Shown: in pieces, positions 1-8,578 of the stretch
How the letters are laid out: every line of letters starts with the position of its first letter
How positions within the stretch are numbered: the first letter of the stretch is position 1
Origin: a virus
Direction: 5' to 3' (one strand)
DNA length: 39,768 nt
IMG/VR virus record: IMGVR_UViG_3300020039_000041
Notes under the pieces: model-generated
Seen by the model: only the letters and a program-made list of their open reading frames with translations
Databases searched by the model: none
What the model was told of the DNA's origin: nothing
Program-made: the position numbers and the translations under genes

Positions 1-99
1 AACCGCGTTTGTCGAGGAATCGTCGTCGACGCGGCCGGGAATCAAACGCAACAATTAAACCTCTTTGACGTATGAAACAGGAAACAATGACGGCGGCCG
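1..99. repeat. Terminal direct repeat, copy 1 (identical to 39670-39768)
   Basis: The first 99 nt (aaccgcgtttgtcgagg...gacggcggccg) recur exactly as the last 99 nt. The repeat carries the methyltransferase 3' end (stop 73-75) and the VRR-NUC ATG (72), so the ORFs close across the junction. Confidence 0.9.
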
Positions 100-635
100 A
101 ATACCTCGCGTTTATGTCGCAAAATTTCCCCGGACACCGCGAGGGCGAGAACATCCCCGGGAAACGCGCCCCGAAAGAATCCCCGGTCGACGTCGTCGAC
201 AAGTTCCTCGCCGGGAAACGTACTCGCCGGACAAAGGCCGCCGCGCAACTGTGGACCGAGGACAAGGACCGCAAGAAACCCGGACACGAGGAATCGCAAT
301 TGCAACAACTTTGCGTCGCGTGGTTCCGGTCCGAGTTCCCGGCAATCGCCCCGTTGCTTATCGCGGTTCCCAACGCCGCCCGGAGAAACGCCCGGACGGG
401 CGCAATCCTCAAACGCGAGGGACTCACCGCCGGGGTCGCGGATTTAATCCTCCTCGTCGGCCGGGGCGAATATCATTCCCTTTGTATCGAAATGAAAACC
501 CACCGCAAGGGTTCCGGGCAATCCGACAAACAAATCGAATGGGAACAGGTCGCCGAGGAAAACGGCAACAAATACGTTGTTTGCCGCGACCTCGAGGAAT
601 TCAAAATTACCGTCCTCAATTACTTATTTCCGTAA
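72..635 (+). CDS. VRR-NUC domain nuclease
   Basis: 187 aa. Contains a PD-(D/E)xK-like core, GVADLILL...CIEMKT, preceded by LCVAWFRSEFP...IAVPNAARRN, as in VRR-NUC proteins. The ATG overlaps the methyltransferase stop (ATGA). Confidence 0.75.
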   Translation: MKQETMTAAEYLAFMSQNFPGHREGENIPGKRAPKESPVDVVDKFLAGKRTRRTKAAAQLWTEDKDRKKPGHEESQLQQLCVAWFRSEFPAIAPLLIAVPNAARRNARTGAILKREGLTAGVADLILLVGRGEYHSLCIEMKTHRKGSGQSDKQIEWEQVAEENGNKYVVCRDLEEFKITVLNYLFP

Positions 636-713
636 CAATGAACAACAATTTCGGGTTCCGCGCCGCCGTTGAAAATGCGACCCTGTGGACCCTCAAACAA
701 AAAGTATTGCACA

Positions 714-1037
714 ATGAAAAAGAAACTCCCGAACCAAACACCCGACAAACGAATCGAACCCCGGTCCCGGTTCATACAGGTAACGCCGCCCCCGGTGAGA
801 ACATCCGAGAACGACCCGTTCATTGACCGACTCCGCCGATTGTGGGAGGCCGCCCGAGAACACGACCAACACGTAACCGCGCAAACGGTTCAAGATATGT
901 TATTGAGTTACAAGGCGTTAAGCAATCGACACAAACGACGGGCGTTCCGCCTCGCGGCCGAGGGTCCCCTCCAAAAACTCGAGAAACCGTATTTCGACGA
1001 CGTAATCGAGGCCCTCGACGAGGACGACGACGAGTAA
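714..1037 (+). CDS. Hypothetical protein with an acidic C-terminus (alternative start 669)
   Basis: ORF 669-1037. Codon usage becomes genome-typical from ATG 714 (MKKKLPNQ...). Ends in DEDDDE. Confidence 0.6.
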   Translation: MKKKLPNQTPDKRIEPRSRFIQVTPPPVRTSENDPFIDRLRRLWEAAREHDQHVTAQTVQDMLLSYKALSNRHKRRAFRLAAEGPLQKLEKPYFDDVIEALDEDDDE

Positions 1038-1055
1038 TATATGTTTTTACGAATT

Positions 1056-1090
1056 GGTGTGTATTTTGTACACACCTTTTTGTAACTTTG
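1056..1090 (+). promoter_or_regulatory. Late promoter P1: dyad GGTGTGTA-N5-TACACACC followed by a TAACTTTG -7 box. The dyad plus T-run can also act as terminator for the upstream gene.
   Basis: The hairpin arms are 1056-1063 and 1069-1076, followed by a T-run at 1077-1081, and the -7 box is at 1083-1090. The terS ATG follows at 1120. The same dyad recurs at 11762. Confidence 0.6.
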
Positions 1091-1119
1091 CCGTGTGGAA
1101 CAATCAATCAGTTGTGACA

Positions 1120-1779
1120 ATGGACCCCAAGAAAAACACAAAGTCGGCCAAACATCACGCGCCGTCGGCGGCCCTCCTCCGGGAGGAACGCCTCCCCGTC
1201 GTGTCGAAATACAAGTTGCGCCGAAAGTCGTTCCGGCAAATAATCCCCCTCGTCGAAAAGGAAACCGGGCAAAAGGTGTCCGTCCAAACAATCAAAAGGG
1301 ATTGGGACCTTTGCCTCGAACGTTGGCGGGAGGAATCCGCGCAATCGACGAAACAGGCAATCGACGAGGCCGTCGCCGAGTGTGAACAGGTTATCGACGA
1401 ATTGTGGCAACTGTACGAGGATTCCAAGAAAAAGAAAACCCGAACGACGAAAAAGGTTCGCAAGAATCACACGGAAATAAACGATTTCGGTATTCCGAAA
1501 CTCGGTAAACCAATAACCCCGGTCGCGACGTCCTCGGAGGACGGGACCGTTACGGATTCCCAAATCGGGGACGTTCGAATCCTCGCCGAAATACGGGCGT
1601 GGGAGGAACGCCGGGACAAACTCCTCGGACTCCAAACCGCGAGGGTCGATATAACCTCCGGAGGAAAGACATTCACCGGGTTTTCGTCCGTTATCCCGGA
1701 CGTCCCGGGAATTGTCGAGTATTGCGCCCGGATTGACGCCGAAAGGGAACAACGGGAACGGGAATCGAACGGGGAATAA
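1120..1779 (+). CDS. Putative terminase small subunit
   Basis: The ATG at 1120 (MDPKKN) lies within ORF 1054-1779. Has an HTH-like N-terminus (SFRQIIPLVEKETGQKVSVQTIKRDW), a coiled-coil middle, and sits directly upstream of terL. Confidence 0.55.
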   Translation: MDPKKNTKSAKHHAPSAALLREERLPVVSKYKLRRKSFRQIIPLVEKETGQKVSVQTIKRDWDLCLERWREESAQSTKQAIDEAVAECEQVIDELWQLYEDSKKKKTRTTKKVRKNHTEINDFGIPKLGKPITPVATSSEDGTVTDSQIGDVRILAEIRAWEERRDKLLGLQTARVDITSGGKTFTGFSSVIPDVPGIVEYCARIDAEREQRERESNGE

Positions 1780-1794
1780 TACAGGCCGCGACAA

Positions 1795-3126
1795 ATGGAA
1801 TCGACGCAACCAAAATACAACGCAAAACAACTCCTCGCGTTTCATTACCTCAACGACCCGAACATCCGGTTCGTTGCGTACGGCGGCGCGGCCGGAGGCG
1901 GCAAATCGTGGCTCGGTTGCGATTGGTTACTCCGGTGTTGTTGGGCGTTCCCCCGGACCCGTTGGTTCGTCGGCCGAAACAACATCAAGGATTCCCGCGA
2001 GTCCGTCCTTGTCACGTTCAAAAAGGTTGCGGACTCGTACGGGTTCGTCGATTACCGACTCAACGAGGACGGAATCAAGTTCAAAAACGGTTCGGAAATA
2101 ATCCTCCTCGATTTGACGTTCTATCCGAAAAAGGACCCAATGTTCGAACGCCTCGGTTCAAAGGAATTCACCGGGGGTTGGATTGAGGAGGGCGGCGAGG
2201 TTCATTACCTCGCGTTCGAGGTTCTCAAGTCCCGAATCGGGCGACACCTCAACGTCGAGTACGGCCTCGAACCGAAAATGTTAATCACCTGTAACCCTAA
2301 AAAAAATTGGTTGTACACCCAATTTTACAAGCCGTTCAAGGCCGGGACCCTCGACAAGGATTGCGCGTTCATACAGGCCCTCGTATATGACAACCCGTTC
2401 GTATCGGCCGATTACATCCGGACCCTCGAGTCAATCAAGAATCGCCAAACCCGGTTGCGCCTGTTGTCCGGTTGGTGGGAGTACGAGGGGAACGTTAACT
2501 CCCTCGTCGATTACGACGCAATACTCGACACGTTCACGAACCCGGTTCAACCGTCCGGGTTGCGCCGTATATCCGCCGACCTTGCGACCCGGGGCCGGGA
2601 CAAGTTTATCGCGTGGAAATGGAATGGTCTTGTCGTCCGGGTTGGAATCAAACTCGACAAGGCGAATTCGAAAGAAATTGAGGATTCCCTCGCGGACCTC
2701 TCCCGGTCGTACGGCGTCGGCCGTTCCCAAATCGTCGCGGACTCCGACGGCCTCGGGGATTACCTTTCCTCGTACCTCGTCGGGATTACCGAGTTTCACG
2801 GCGGGGAACGGGCGTACAACAAGCAATATTACAACCTCAAATCGGAATGCGCGTTCAAACTTGCGGAACTCATAAACAACCGACAAATACACATTGATTG
2901 CGACGACCCGGAGGAACGGGAACGAATCGCCGAGGAACTCGAGGCGTGTTTAGTCGCCCACGACATCGACGCGGACACCTCGAAAAAACGCCTCATTGAA
3001 AAGACGGAACAAAAAAAGATTCTCGGACACTCCCCGGACTATTTCGACGGACTCAATATGGGAATGATATATTACATTCGGCCGCAAGTCCGAGGGGCGA
3101 GGGTCCACGTGTCGAAACTTAATTAA
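1795..3126 (+). CDS. terL: Terminase large subunit
   Basis: 443 aa. Walker A is YGGAAGGGKSW, Walker B-like is GGWIEEGGE, and the C-terminal nuclease region contains ADLATRGRD and VADSDGLG. Confidence 0.92.
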   Translation: MESTQPKYNAKQLLAFHYLNDPNIRFVAYGGAAGGGKSWLGCDWLLRCCWAFPRTRWFVGRNNIKDSRESVLVTFKKVADSYGFVDYRLNEDGIKFKNGSEIILLDLTFYPKKDPMFERLGSKEFTGGWIEEGGEVHYLAFEVLKSRIGRHLNVEYGLEPKMLITCNPKKNWLYTQFYKPFKAGTLDKDCAFIQALVYDNPFVSADYIRTLESIKNRQTRLRLLSGWWEYEGNVNSLVDYDAILDTFTNPVQPSGLRRISADLATRGRDKFIAWKWNGLVVRVGIKLDKANSKEIEDSLADLSRSYGVGRSQIVADSDGLGDYLSSYLVGITEFHGGERAYNKQYYNLKSECAFKLAELINNRQIHIDCDDPEERERIAEELEACLVAHDIDADTSKKRLIEKTEQKKILGHSPDYFDGLNMGMIYYIRPQVRGARVHVSKLN

Positions 3127-3133
3127 CGACGAT

Positions 3134-3709
3134 ATGAACAGGAAAACGAACATACCCTCAACGGCCCGGATTCTCCGGATTGAAAAGGCGTTGACGCCGT
3201 CCTCCCGGGCGTGGTTGAACCACCAACCCCGGCCGGACCGCCTGTTCGGTCGCCGTGTCCCGGATTCCCTCGACGGCCTCACGTTCGGGGAACTCCTCGG
3301 GTTACAGGAAATCGAGGGAACGTCGAACGGCGATTCAATCGTTATCGTCGCCCGAACGGTCCTCAAGACGCGCCGCCCGGCCGCGTGGATTCTCCGGACG
3401 AGGGCGGACCGGGTGTTCGGGTTCCTTGCGTTCGTTACGCGCGAACTCGAACGTATCGGAAAACTATTCAAGGCAATAGAACACACCCCGGACGAGGACG
3501 AACTCGCCGCCGGGGTAAACGACCTCGATTTCGGGCCGTTCGGCCTCGTCGATTGGTACGCCCGGCGTATGGGATACACCAACCACGACGACGCGTTGTC
3601 GGTCCCGTGGTTGCGGGTCTATCAATGTATGAAAATGGACGCCGAACGGGACGCGTACGAACGCCGCCTCCGGGACGTCGTTAACGCGAAACTCAAACCC
3701 AAAAAATAA
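3134..3709 (+). CDS. Hypothetical protein (virion module)
   Basis: 191-aa ORF with genome-typical codon usage, tightly packed after terL. No motif recognised. Confidence 0.6.
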   Translation: MNRKTNIPSTARILRIEKALTPSSRAWLNHQPRPDRLFGRRVPDSLDGLTFGELLGLQEIEGTSNGDSIVIVARTVLKTRRPAAWILRTRADRVFGFLAFVTRELERIGKLFKAIEHTPDEDELAAGVNDLDFGPFGLVDWYARRMGYTNHDDALSVPWLRVYQCMKMDAERDAYERRLRDVVNAKLKPKK

Positions 3710-3713
3710 CAGT

Positions 3714-4190
3714 ATGCAAACACCCACAATCGAACAAAGAATCGCGGAAATCGCAAGGGAGGCCGGGTTGTCGTATATGTGCGAAACGTGGCCCCGGGCG
3801 AACCTCCGGTTTGACAAATACCGCCGCGACCGCGACGGCGTTGTCAAGGCCGACGACGGGTCAACCCTCCCGGCGTTGTTGTATGTGCAACCCGTTTCCG
3901 GCGGGTTGGTGTTCACCTCAACGGGGTTCCTCAAGGACTCCCCGCAAACCCTCCTCGCATTTGCCGACGCAATGCCCCTCGATTTTACCGGGGAACAGGC
4001 GCAAACAATCGTTGAACGACTGAAAGGTATTGCGGCCGATTTCGTCGCCCGTATGAACGCGACGGGATATTTCGAACACATCGAGGGCCGGGTCCCTTAT
4101 TCCGTGTCGTTCGACCGACTCGACGCGAACCTTTGTATTTTCACAATTACCCCCGAGGTCGTCGAGGCCGTCGGCGTGTGTGTCGAATAA
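3714..4190 (+). CDS. Hypothetical protein (virion module)
   Basis: 158-aa ORF. No motif recognised. Confidence 0.6.
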   Translation: MQTPTIEQRIAEIAREAGLSYMCETWPRANLRFDKYRRDRDGVVKADDGSTLPALLYVQPVSGGLVFTSTGFLKDSPQTLLAFADAMPLDFTGEQAQTIVERLKGIAADFVARMNATGYFEHIEGRVPYSVSFDRLDANLCIFTITPEVVEAVGVCVE

Positions 4191-4202
4191 ACCCCGGAAC
4201 CA

Positions 4203-4709
4203 ATGGACGCAAGGACAACCGCCGAAAACATCCTCAACGAGGAACTCGGACGCCTCAAGGAACGAATTATCGCAAATCATATCGCCGCCGGACAACGCGC
4301 CTCCGGGCGGACGATTGAGTCGATTGTCGTTCACGTGGAATCGACCCCGGACGGGGCCGCCGGAGAACTCGACGCGAGGGCGTATTTTGCCGGACTCGAA
4401 ACAGGTTCCCGGCCGTGGTCCCGGATTCACACGAAACCCCGCAAGGACGGGACCGAGTATCCGTCCGCGCCGAAATGGTTTATTAACGTCGTCGAGGGTT
4501 GGGCCGCGTCAAAGGGAATCAACCTCGACTCCCCGTGGGGTGTTGCGACAAAGATAATGACATCCGGTTCCGCCCTGTTCCGGGACGGCGGCCGCGACGA
4601 CATATTCTCAAACGAAATCCCGGTCGCATTTGACAACGTCGCCTCCCGTCTTGCGGGCCTGTTCGACGTCCAATTGACCGAATCAATACTCCGAACAATA
4701 AACAATTAA
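4203..4709 (+). CDS. Putative HK97 gp10-like head-tail joining / tail component
   Basis: 168 aa. The pattern ...ASGRTIESI...YFAGLETGSRPW resembles the tG-L-r-Si ... vE-G signature of the gp10 family. The resemblance is weak and judged by eye only. Confidence 0.4.
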   Translation: MDARTTAENILNEELGRLKERIIANHIAAGQRASGRTIESIVVHVESTPDGAAGELDARAYFAGLETGSRPWSRIHTKPRKDGTEYPSAPKWFINVVEGWAASKGINLDSPWGVATKIMTSGSALFRDGGRDDIFSNEIPVAFDNVASRLAGLFDVQLTESILRTINN

Positions 4710-4722
4710 AACACAATACGAT

Positions 4723-5874
4723 ATGCGACAAATTCACTCCGGGTTAAGATATTGCGATTACCCGAATTCCGTTCATTTCTCGAACGTACCCGCCCTCGTC
4801 CGGGTATATTGGACGACCGACGACGGGGTCACGTTTATTCCCGAAACGGTCACGATTCAGTTGTCGGACCCGGACGGCCGGACGTACACCGAGTTTCGGA
4901 ACGTGTATAATTTGGAGGTCGTGTTCGACATCCGGCGTTTTATGCAAACGGCGTTTGCAGAACTCGACATCGACGCCGTCAATTATAACGGCGGAATGTG
5001 GGTTGTAAACCCGAATTTCCGGACGATTTCGGCCGTCGTGACATATACCGACACCGACAACAACAACGCAACAATCGTCGTCGCGAGTTTTTCCGTTGAC
5101 ACCGTATTCGGTAACATCGAACGCGGGGAATCCACCGGGGGAAACATCCGCCGCCGTTGGTTCGTGAATTACCCGTTCACCCTCGATTTTTATTGCCGCC
5201 GTGGTGAAATGTTCGACCTCGTCGTCGACGGTGTGCAACGTCCCGGAGTCAATTTTCCGAACAATGTAACCCCGGAAAACCTCCCGACCGCGTCGGGTTA
5301 CGTCCGTCGCCTCCTCAACGTCAAGGAACTAATCGACCCGTTCACAATTGACAAGAATTTCCGGTTGACTCAACCGTTCGGGTACGTTACGAAAAACGAC
5401 GTTGAATCGGCCGGAATCGTAACGTACGACGTCGACGTCGACCGAACCACCGCCGATTGCAAAAAGGGCGTTTATTTGCGTTGGATTGACAATCAAGGAC
5501 AGTTTTGTTATTGGTTGTTTAAGGACCTCGGAACATCCGACGCCGTCGCCTCGTCCTCGTTCGTGTCGGCCGACATCATAAACCCCGTAATTTACACCTC
5601 CGGAAAGAACAGGGGAACCGAGGTCCGGCAATCATTCTCCCGGACCAAAACCCGGACCCTCGGCGCAAAGTCCGTCGACCGGGAAACGTTCGATTTCCTG
5701 TTGACCCTCGCCTCGTCCCCGTTCGTCGATATATTCGACGGATACGACGACAACGACGTCCCGCAATGGCACGCGGTCAACGTTTCCGCCGCGACAATCG
5801 GCAAGTCCACGAAACCCCGGCAAGATTTCACAATCGCCGTGGTCGAACCCTCACAATTGACGCAATCGTTGTAA
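4723..5874 (+). CDS. Beta-rich virion structural protein (Dit/baseplate-like, putative)
   Basis: 383 aa. Composition is rich in beta-strand-forming residues. Lies directly upstream of, and nearly abutting, the large LRR tail protein. Confidence 0.45.
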   Translation: MRQIHSGLRYCDYPNSVHFSNVPALVRVYWTTDDGVTFIPETVTIQLSDPDGRTYTEFRNVYNLEVVFDIRRFMQTAFAELDIDAVNYNGGMWVVNPNFRTISAVVTYTDTDNNNATIVVASFSVDTVFGNIERGESTGGNIRRRWFVNYPFTLDFYCRRGEMFDLVVDGVQRPGVNFPNNVTPENLPTASGYVRRLLNVKELIDPFTIDKNFRLTQPFGYVTKNDVESAGIVTYDVDVDRTTADCKKGVYLRWIDNQGQFCYWLFKDLGTSDAVASSSFVSADIINPVIYTSGKNRGTEVRQSFSRTKTRTLGAKSVDRETFDFLLTLASSPFVDIFDGYDDNDVPQWHAVNVSAATIGKSTKPRQDFTIAVVEPSQLTQSL

Positions 5875-5875
5875 T

Positions 5876-8566
5876 ATGAAAAACGAGGAACTCATTATTA
5901 ACGGACTCCGGGTCGATATGTCCCCGGACACCCGAATTGTGTTGAATTTCAAATCAAATTTGTTGGGGGACGTGTCGAAAATCACCTCGTCGAACTCCCA
6001 AACAATCCAACTCCCGAAAACCATTCGCAACCGAATGATATTCGACCACGCCTCAACCCCGGCCCGGAACTCGTCGTTCCCGTATCAGCGACACCCGGCC
6101 GAGTACATCCGTAACGGCGTGAAAATCATTTCCGACGCGTACGCGGTTATGTTATCCGCCTCGGAGAATTACGAAATCGCGTTGTATTGGGGCGAAATGA
6201 CACGTTTTCAACAATGGATTGAATCCGGCGCAAAGTTGAACGATTTGTCGTTCGATTCCCTCACGCAAATTTGGTCGACGACCGGGTCCCGAACATATTG
6301 TGTCGACGCGGACCCGGGCGACCCGGACGTTTACATCGACGACTCGTATTTCATCAACGCCGATTATGATTGCGGCCTCGGGTCAATGGATACCCTCCCG
6401 TCGAACGTCCGCAACCAAATTTGGTTGCATAAATTCGTGTCGGTGCGAAAAATCCTCGAGAAAATGCAATCCGACTCCGGGATTACCTTTGAGTTCCCGT
6501 CCGGGTATATGTCCCGGCCGGGGTACAATTTGCGCGGCCTGTTCCGTTCCGTCGCCGTTGCCCTCACCACTCGAAAACAATTCTCGTCGGCCGTCAAACA
6601 CGGGTCCAATATAACCGCGCACGTTACACAGGGTTGGTGCGATTATCATATCGGCGTACGGTTCACAATGCCCGCGTCGACGTATTACACGACCGAGGAC
6701 ACCGAACGCGGATTCAGTTTCGGGGAAAAGGCCCCGGTTACGGTTATCAAAAGCAATTACGCCGGGCGCGTCGAATTGGTGGTTATCCTTGTCGCGACGA
6801 CGTCGTGTTCGTCAAAGGGATACAAACCCGATTTGGCGTTGAAAATGCGTTCGTCCAACGGCCGCAACGACGATTATTGGGGCGGTTATTGTACGGGTAC
6901 GGAATCGTTGGGAAAGTCCGGAGGCCGTTACTATTTCTCACAAACGTTCGTTATGTCCCGGGCGTTCGACATCCTCGAGGGGGAGGAAATATACATCGGA
7001 TTTGATTTGTCCGACGGTTACAGGTTTCACTCGTTGTCGTCCTCGGCAACACTCGATTTCACGCCCCCGGCGGTCGAATCGAACATTTCACTCGGCGAGT
7101 ATTTCCGCGCAAAGGGCAATTTCCCCGATATTACGCAACTCGATTTCGTCAAGGCGATTTGCGGGTTGTTCGGCCTGTATGTCGTCCCGTCCGGGGTTGC
7201 AAACAAAATCAAATTTGCGACACTCGATTCCGTAATCGACAACAGGTCAAACGCGGTCGATTGGTCCTCGAAACTCATTCGGGCCGCCGACGGGGAAACC
7301 GACCCGAACGAAATTAAATTCTCGTTCGGCGATTACGCCCGCAAAAATTGGTTTCGGTACAAGGACGACGACACCGTCGAGGCGTCCGGGGACGCCCCCC
7401 TCATCGTCGAAAACGAAACCCTCGAATTGGAACGGGACGCGTTGACGGTTCCGTTTGTCCCGTCCGACGAAAAGCAAACGACGCACACGTCCTCCGGGTC
7501 GTCGACGCCCGTTGACGTAACCCTCGCGGTAATTCCTCATTACGCAATGGAGAACGGCGAAATTAAGGACGTCGCGGTCAATCCCCGACTCGTTTGTATG
7601 CGTTCCGGAGGGTCTACCGGAAACGAGGCAATCGCCCGGTTCCTCCCGATTTCCTTTGAGAATATGATTGCATTATATTACGGGCAATTGTCCGCCCTGT
7701 TGAATTCGGCGGTCGTCCTCAAGGAACGAATCCGGTTGACCGAGTTTGACCTCCTCAACCTCGATTATTCAAAACCCGTGTTTCTCAAACAATACGGGCG
7801 GTTTTACGCGATTATATCCGTTCAAACGGCCGAGGAATATTGCAACGTCGAATTGTTACAGTTGCCGACGGCCGCGCCCGCAACGTTCATTACGTTGTTG
7901 TTCTCGACGGACAACGGTTCAACGTGGTTAATGGAATGTCCGTCCAATTGGAGGGGGACGTTAAAGGTCAAATCGTCGCCCGGCCGCGCCCTCACTCCGG
8001 AGGACATCGGCAATATTGGAACCCGGGCGGCCTCGTCCGGAACAACGCGCCGAATGGATTTGACCGATTGCGCGTTCATTTCCGACACCGTGTCCGGGTT
8101 GGTTAATTACCAAACCGCCGAGGAAATCCCCGGGGAACAGTCCGCCGCGTACGCCCTCGACAATGTGGGTTATATCTATTTCCCCGAGGGAATCCGGGTA
8201 TTCGGTCGAAAAACGTTCTATTACGCACACAACGTTGTTGGATTCACGTTCCCGGAATCCGTCGAGGAGTTCGCGTGGCAATCGTTCGAATACTGTTACG
8301 CGTTGCGTTCCGTCGAATTCCCGGCCTCGGTAACGTCAATCGGCGACGTCGCGTTCGGTCACTGTTACGGCCTCACAACAATTCGATTCCACGGAACCAC
8401 GCCTCCGGAGATTAATTATTCCGCGTTCCATTCCGCCGGGTCGGATTACACATCCGCGACGCCGAAACAAATATTCGTCCCGGCCGGGTCCCGGTCGGCG
8501 TATTATGCACAACCGGGAATCGCCCGAATCGTCGACGATTTCGGATTCACTATTGTTGAATATTAA
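5876..8566 (+). CDS. Large tail/adhesin protein with a C-terminal BspA-type leucine-rich repeat domain
   Basis: 896 aa. The C-terminal repeats FPEGIRVFGRKTFYYAHNVVGFTFPESVEEFAWQSFEYCYALRSVEFPASVTSIGDVAFGHCYGLTTIRF match the Bacteroidota BspA-like LRR pattern. Confidence 0.65.
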   Translation: MKNEELIINGLRVDMSPDTRIVLNFKSNLLGDVSKITSSNSQTIQLPKTIRNRMIFDHASTPARNSSFPYQRHPAEYIRNGVKIISDAYAVMLSASENYEIALYWGEMTRFQQWIESGAKLNDLSFDSLTQIWSTTGSRTYCVDADPGDPDVYIDDSYFINADYDCGLGSMDTLPSNVRNQIWLHKFVSVRKILEKMQSDSGITFEFPSGYMSRPGYNLRGLFRSVAVALTTRKQFSSAVKHGSNITAHVTQGWCDYHIGVRFTMPASTYYTTEDTERGFSFGEKAPVTVIKSNYAGRVELVVILVATTSCSSKGYKPDLALKMRSSNGRNDDYWGGYCTGTESLGKSGGRYYFSQTFVMSRAFDILEGEEIYIGFDLSDGYRFHSLSSSATLDFTPPAVESNISLGEYFRAKGNFPDITQLDFVKAICGLFGLYVVPSGVANKIKFATLDSVIDNRSNAVDWSSKLIRAADGETDPNEIKFSFGDYARKNWFRYKDDDTVEASGDAPLIVENETLELERDALTVPFVPSDEKQTTHTSSGSSTPVDVTLAVIPHYAMENGEIKDVAVNPRLVCMRSGGSTGNEAIARFLPISFENMIALYYGQLSALLNSAVVLKERIRLTEFDLLNLDYSKPVFLKQYGRFYAIISVQTAEEYCNVELLQLPTAAPATFITLLFSTDNGSTWLMECPSNWRGTLKVKSSPGRALTPEDIGNIGTRAASSGTTRRMDLTDCAFISDTVSGLVNYQTAEEIPGEQSAAYALDNVGYIYFPEGIRVFGRKTFYYAHNVVGFTFPESVEEFAWQSFEYCYALRSVEFPASVTSIGDVAFGHCYGLTTIRFHGTTPPEINYSAFHSAGSDYTSATPKQIFVPAGSRSAYYAQPGIARIVDDFGFTIVEY

Positions 8567-8578
8567 ACCCTTTTTTCA

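Noticed and set aside
42-826. Long ORFs overlapping annotated genes in other frames or on the opposite strand (e.g. 65-826, 42-308, 112-345, and throughout the track such as 9886-10617, 10855-11397, 15020-15808, 33438-34286)
   Set aside because: They are rich in Arg, Pro, Gly and Ser and have atypical codon usage. They fully overlap ORFs with recognisable domains. This is the expected product of a GC-rich sequence with few stop codons in alternative frames.
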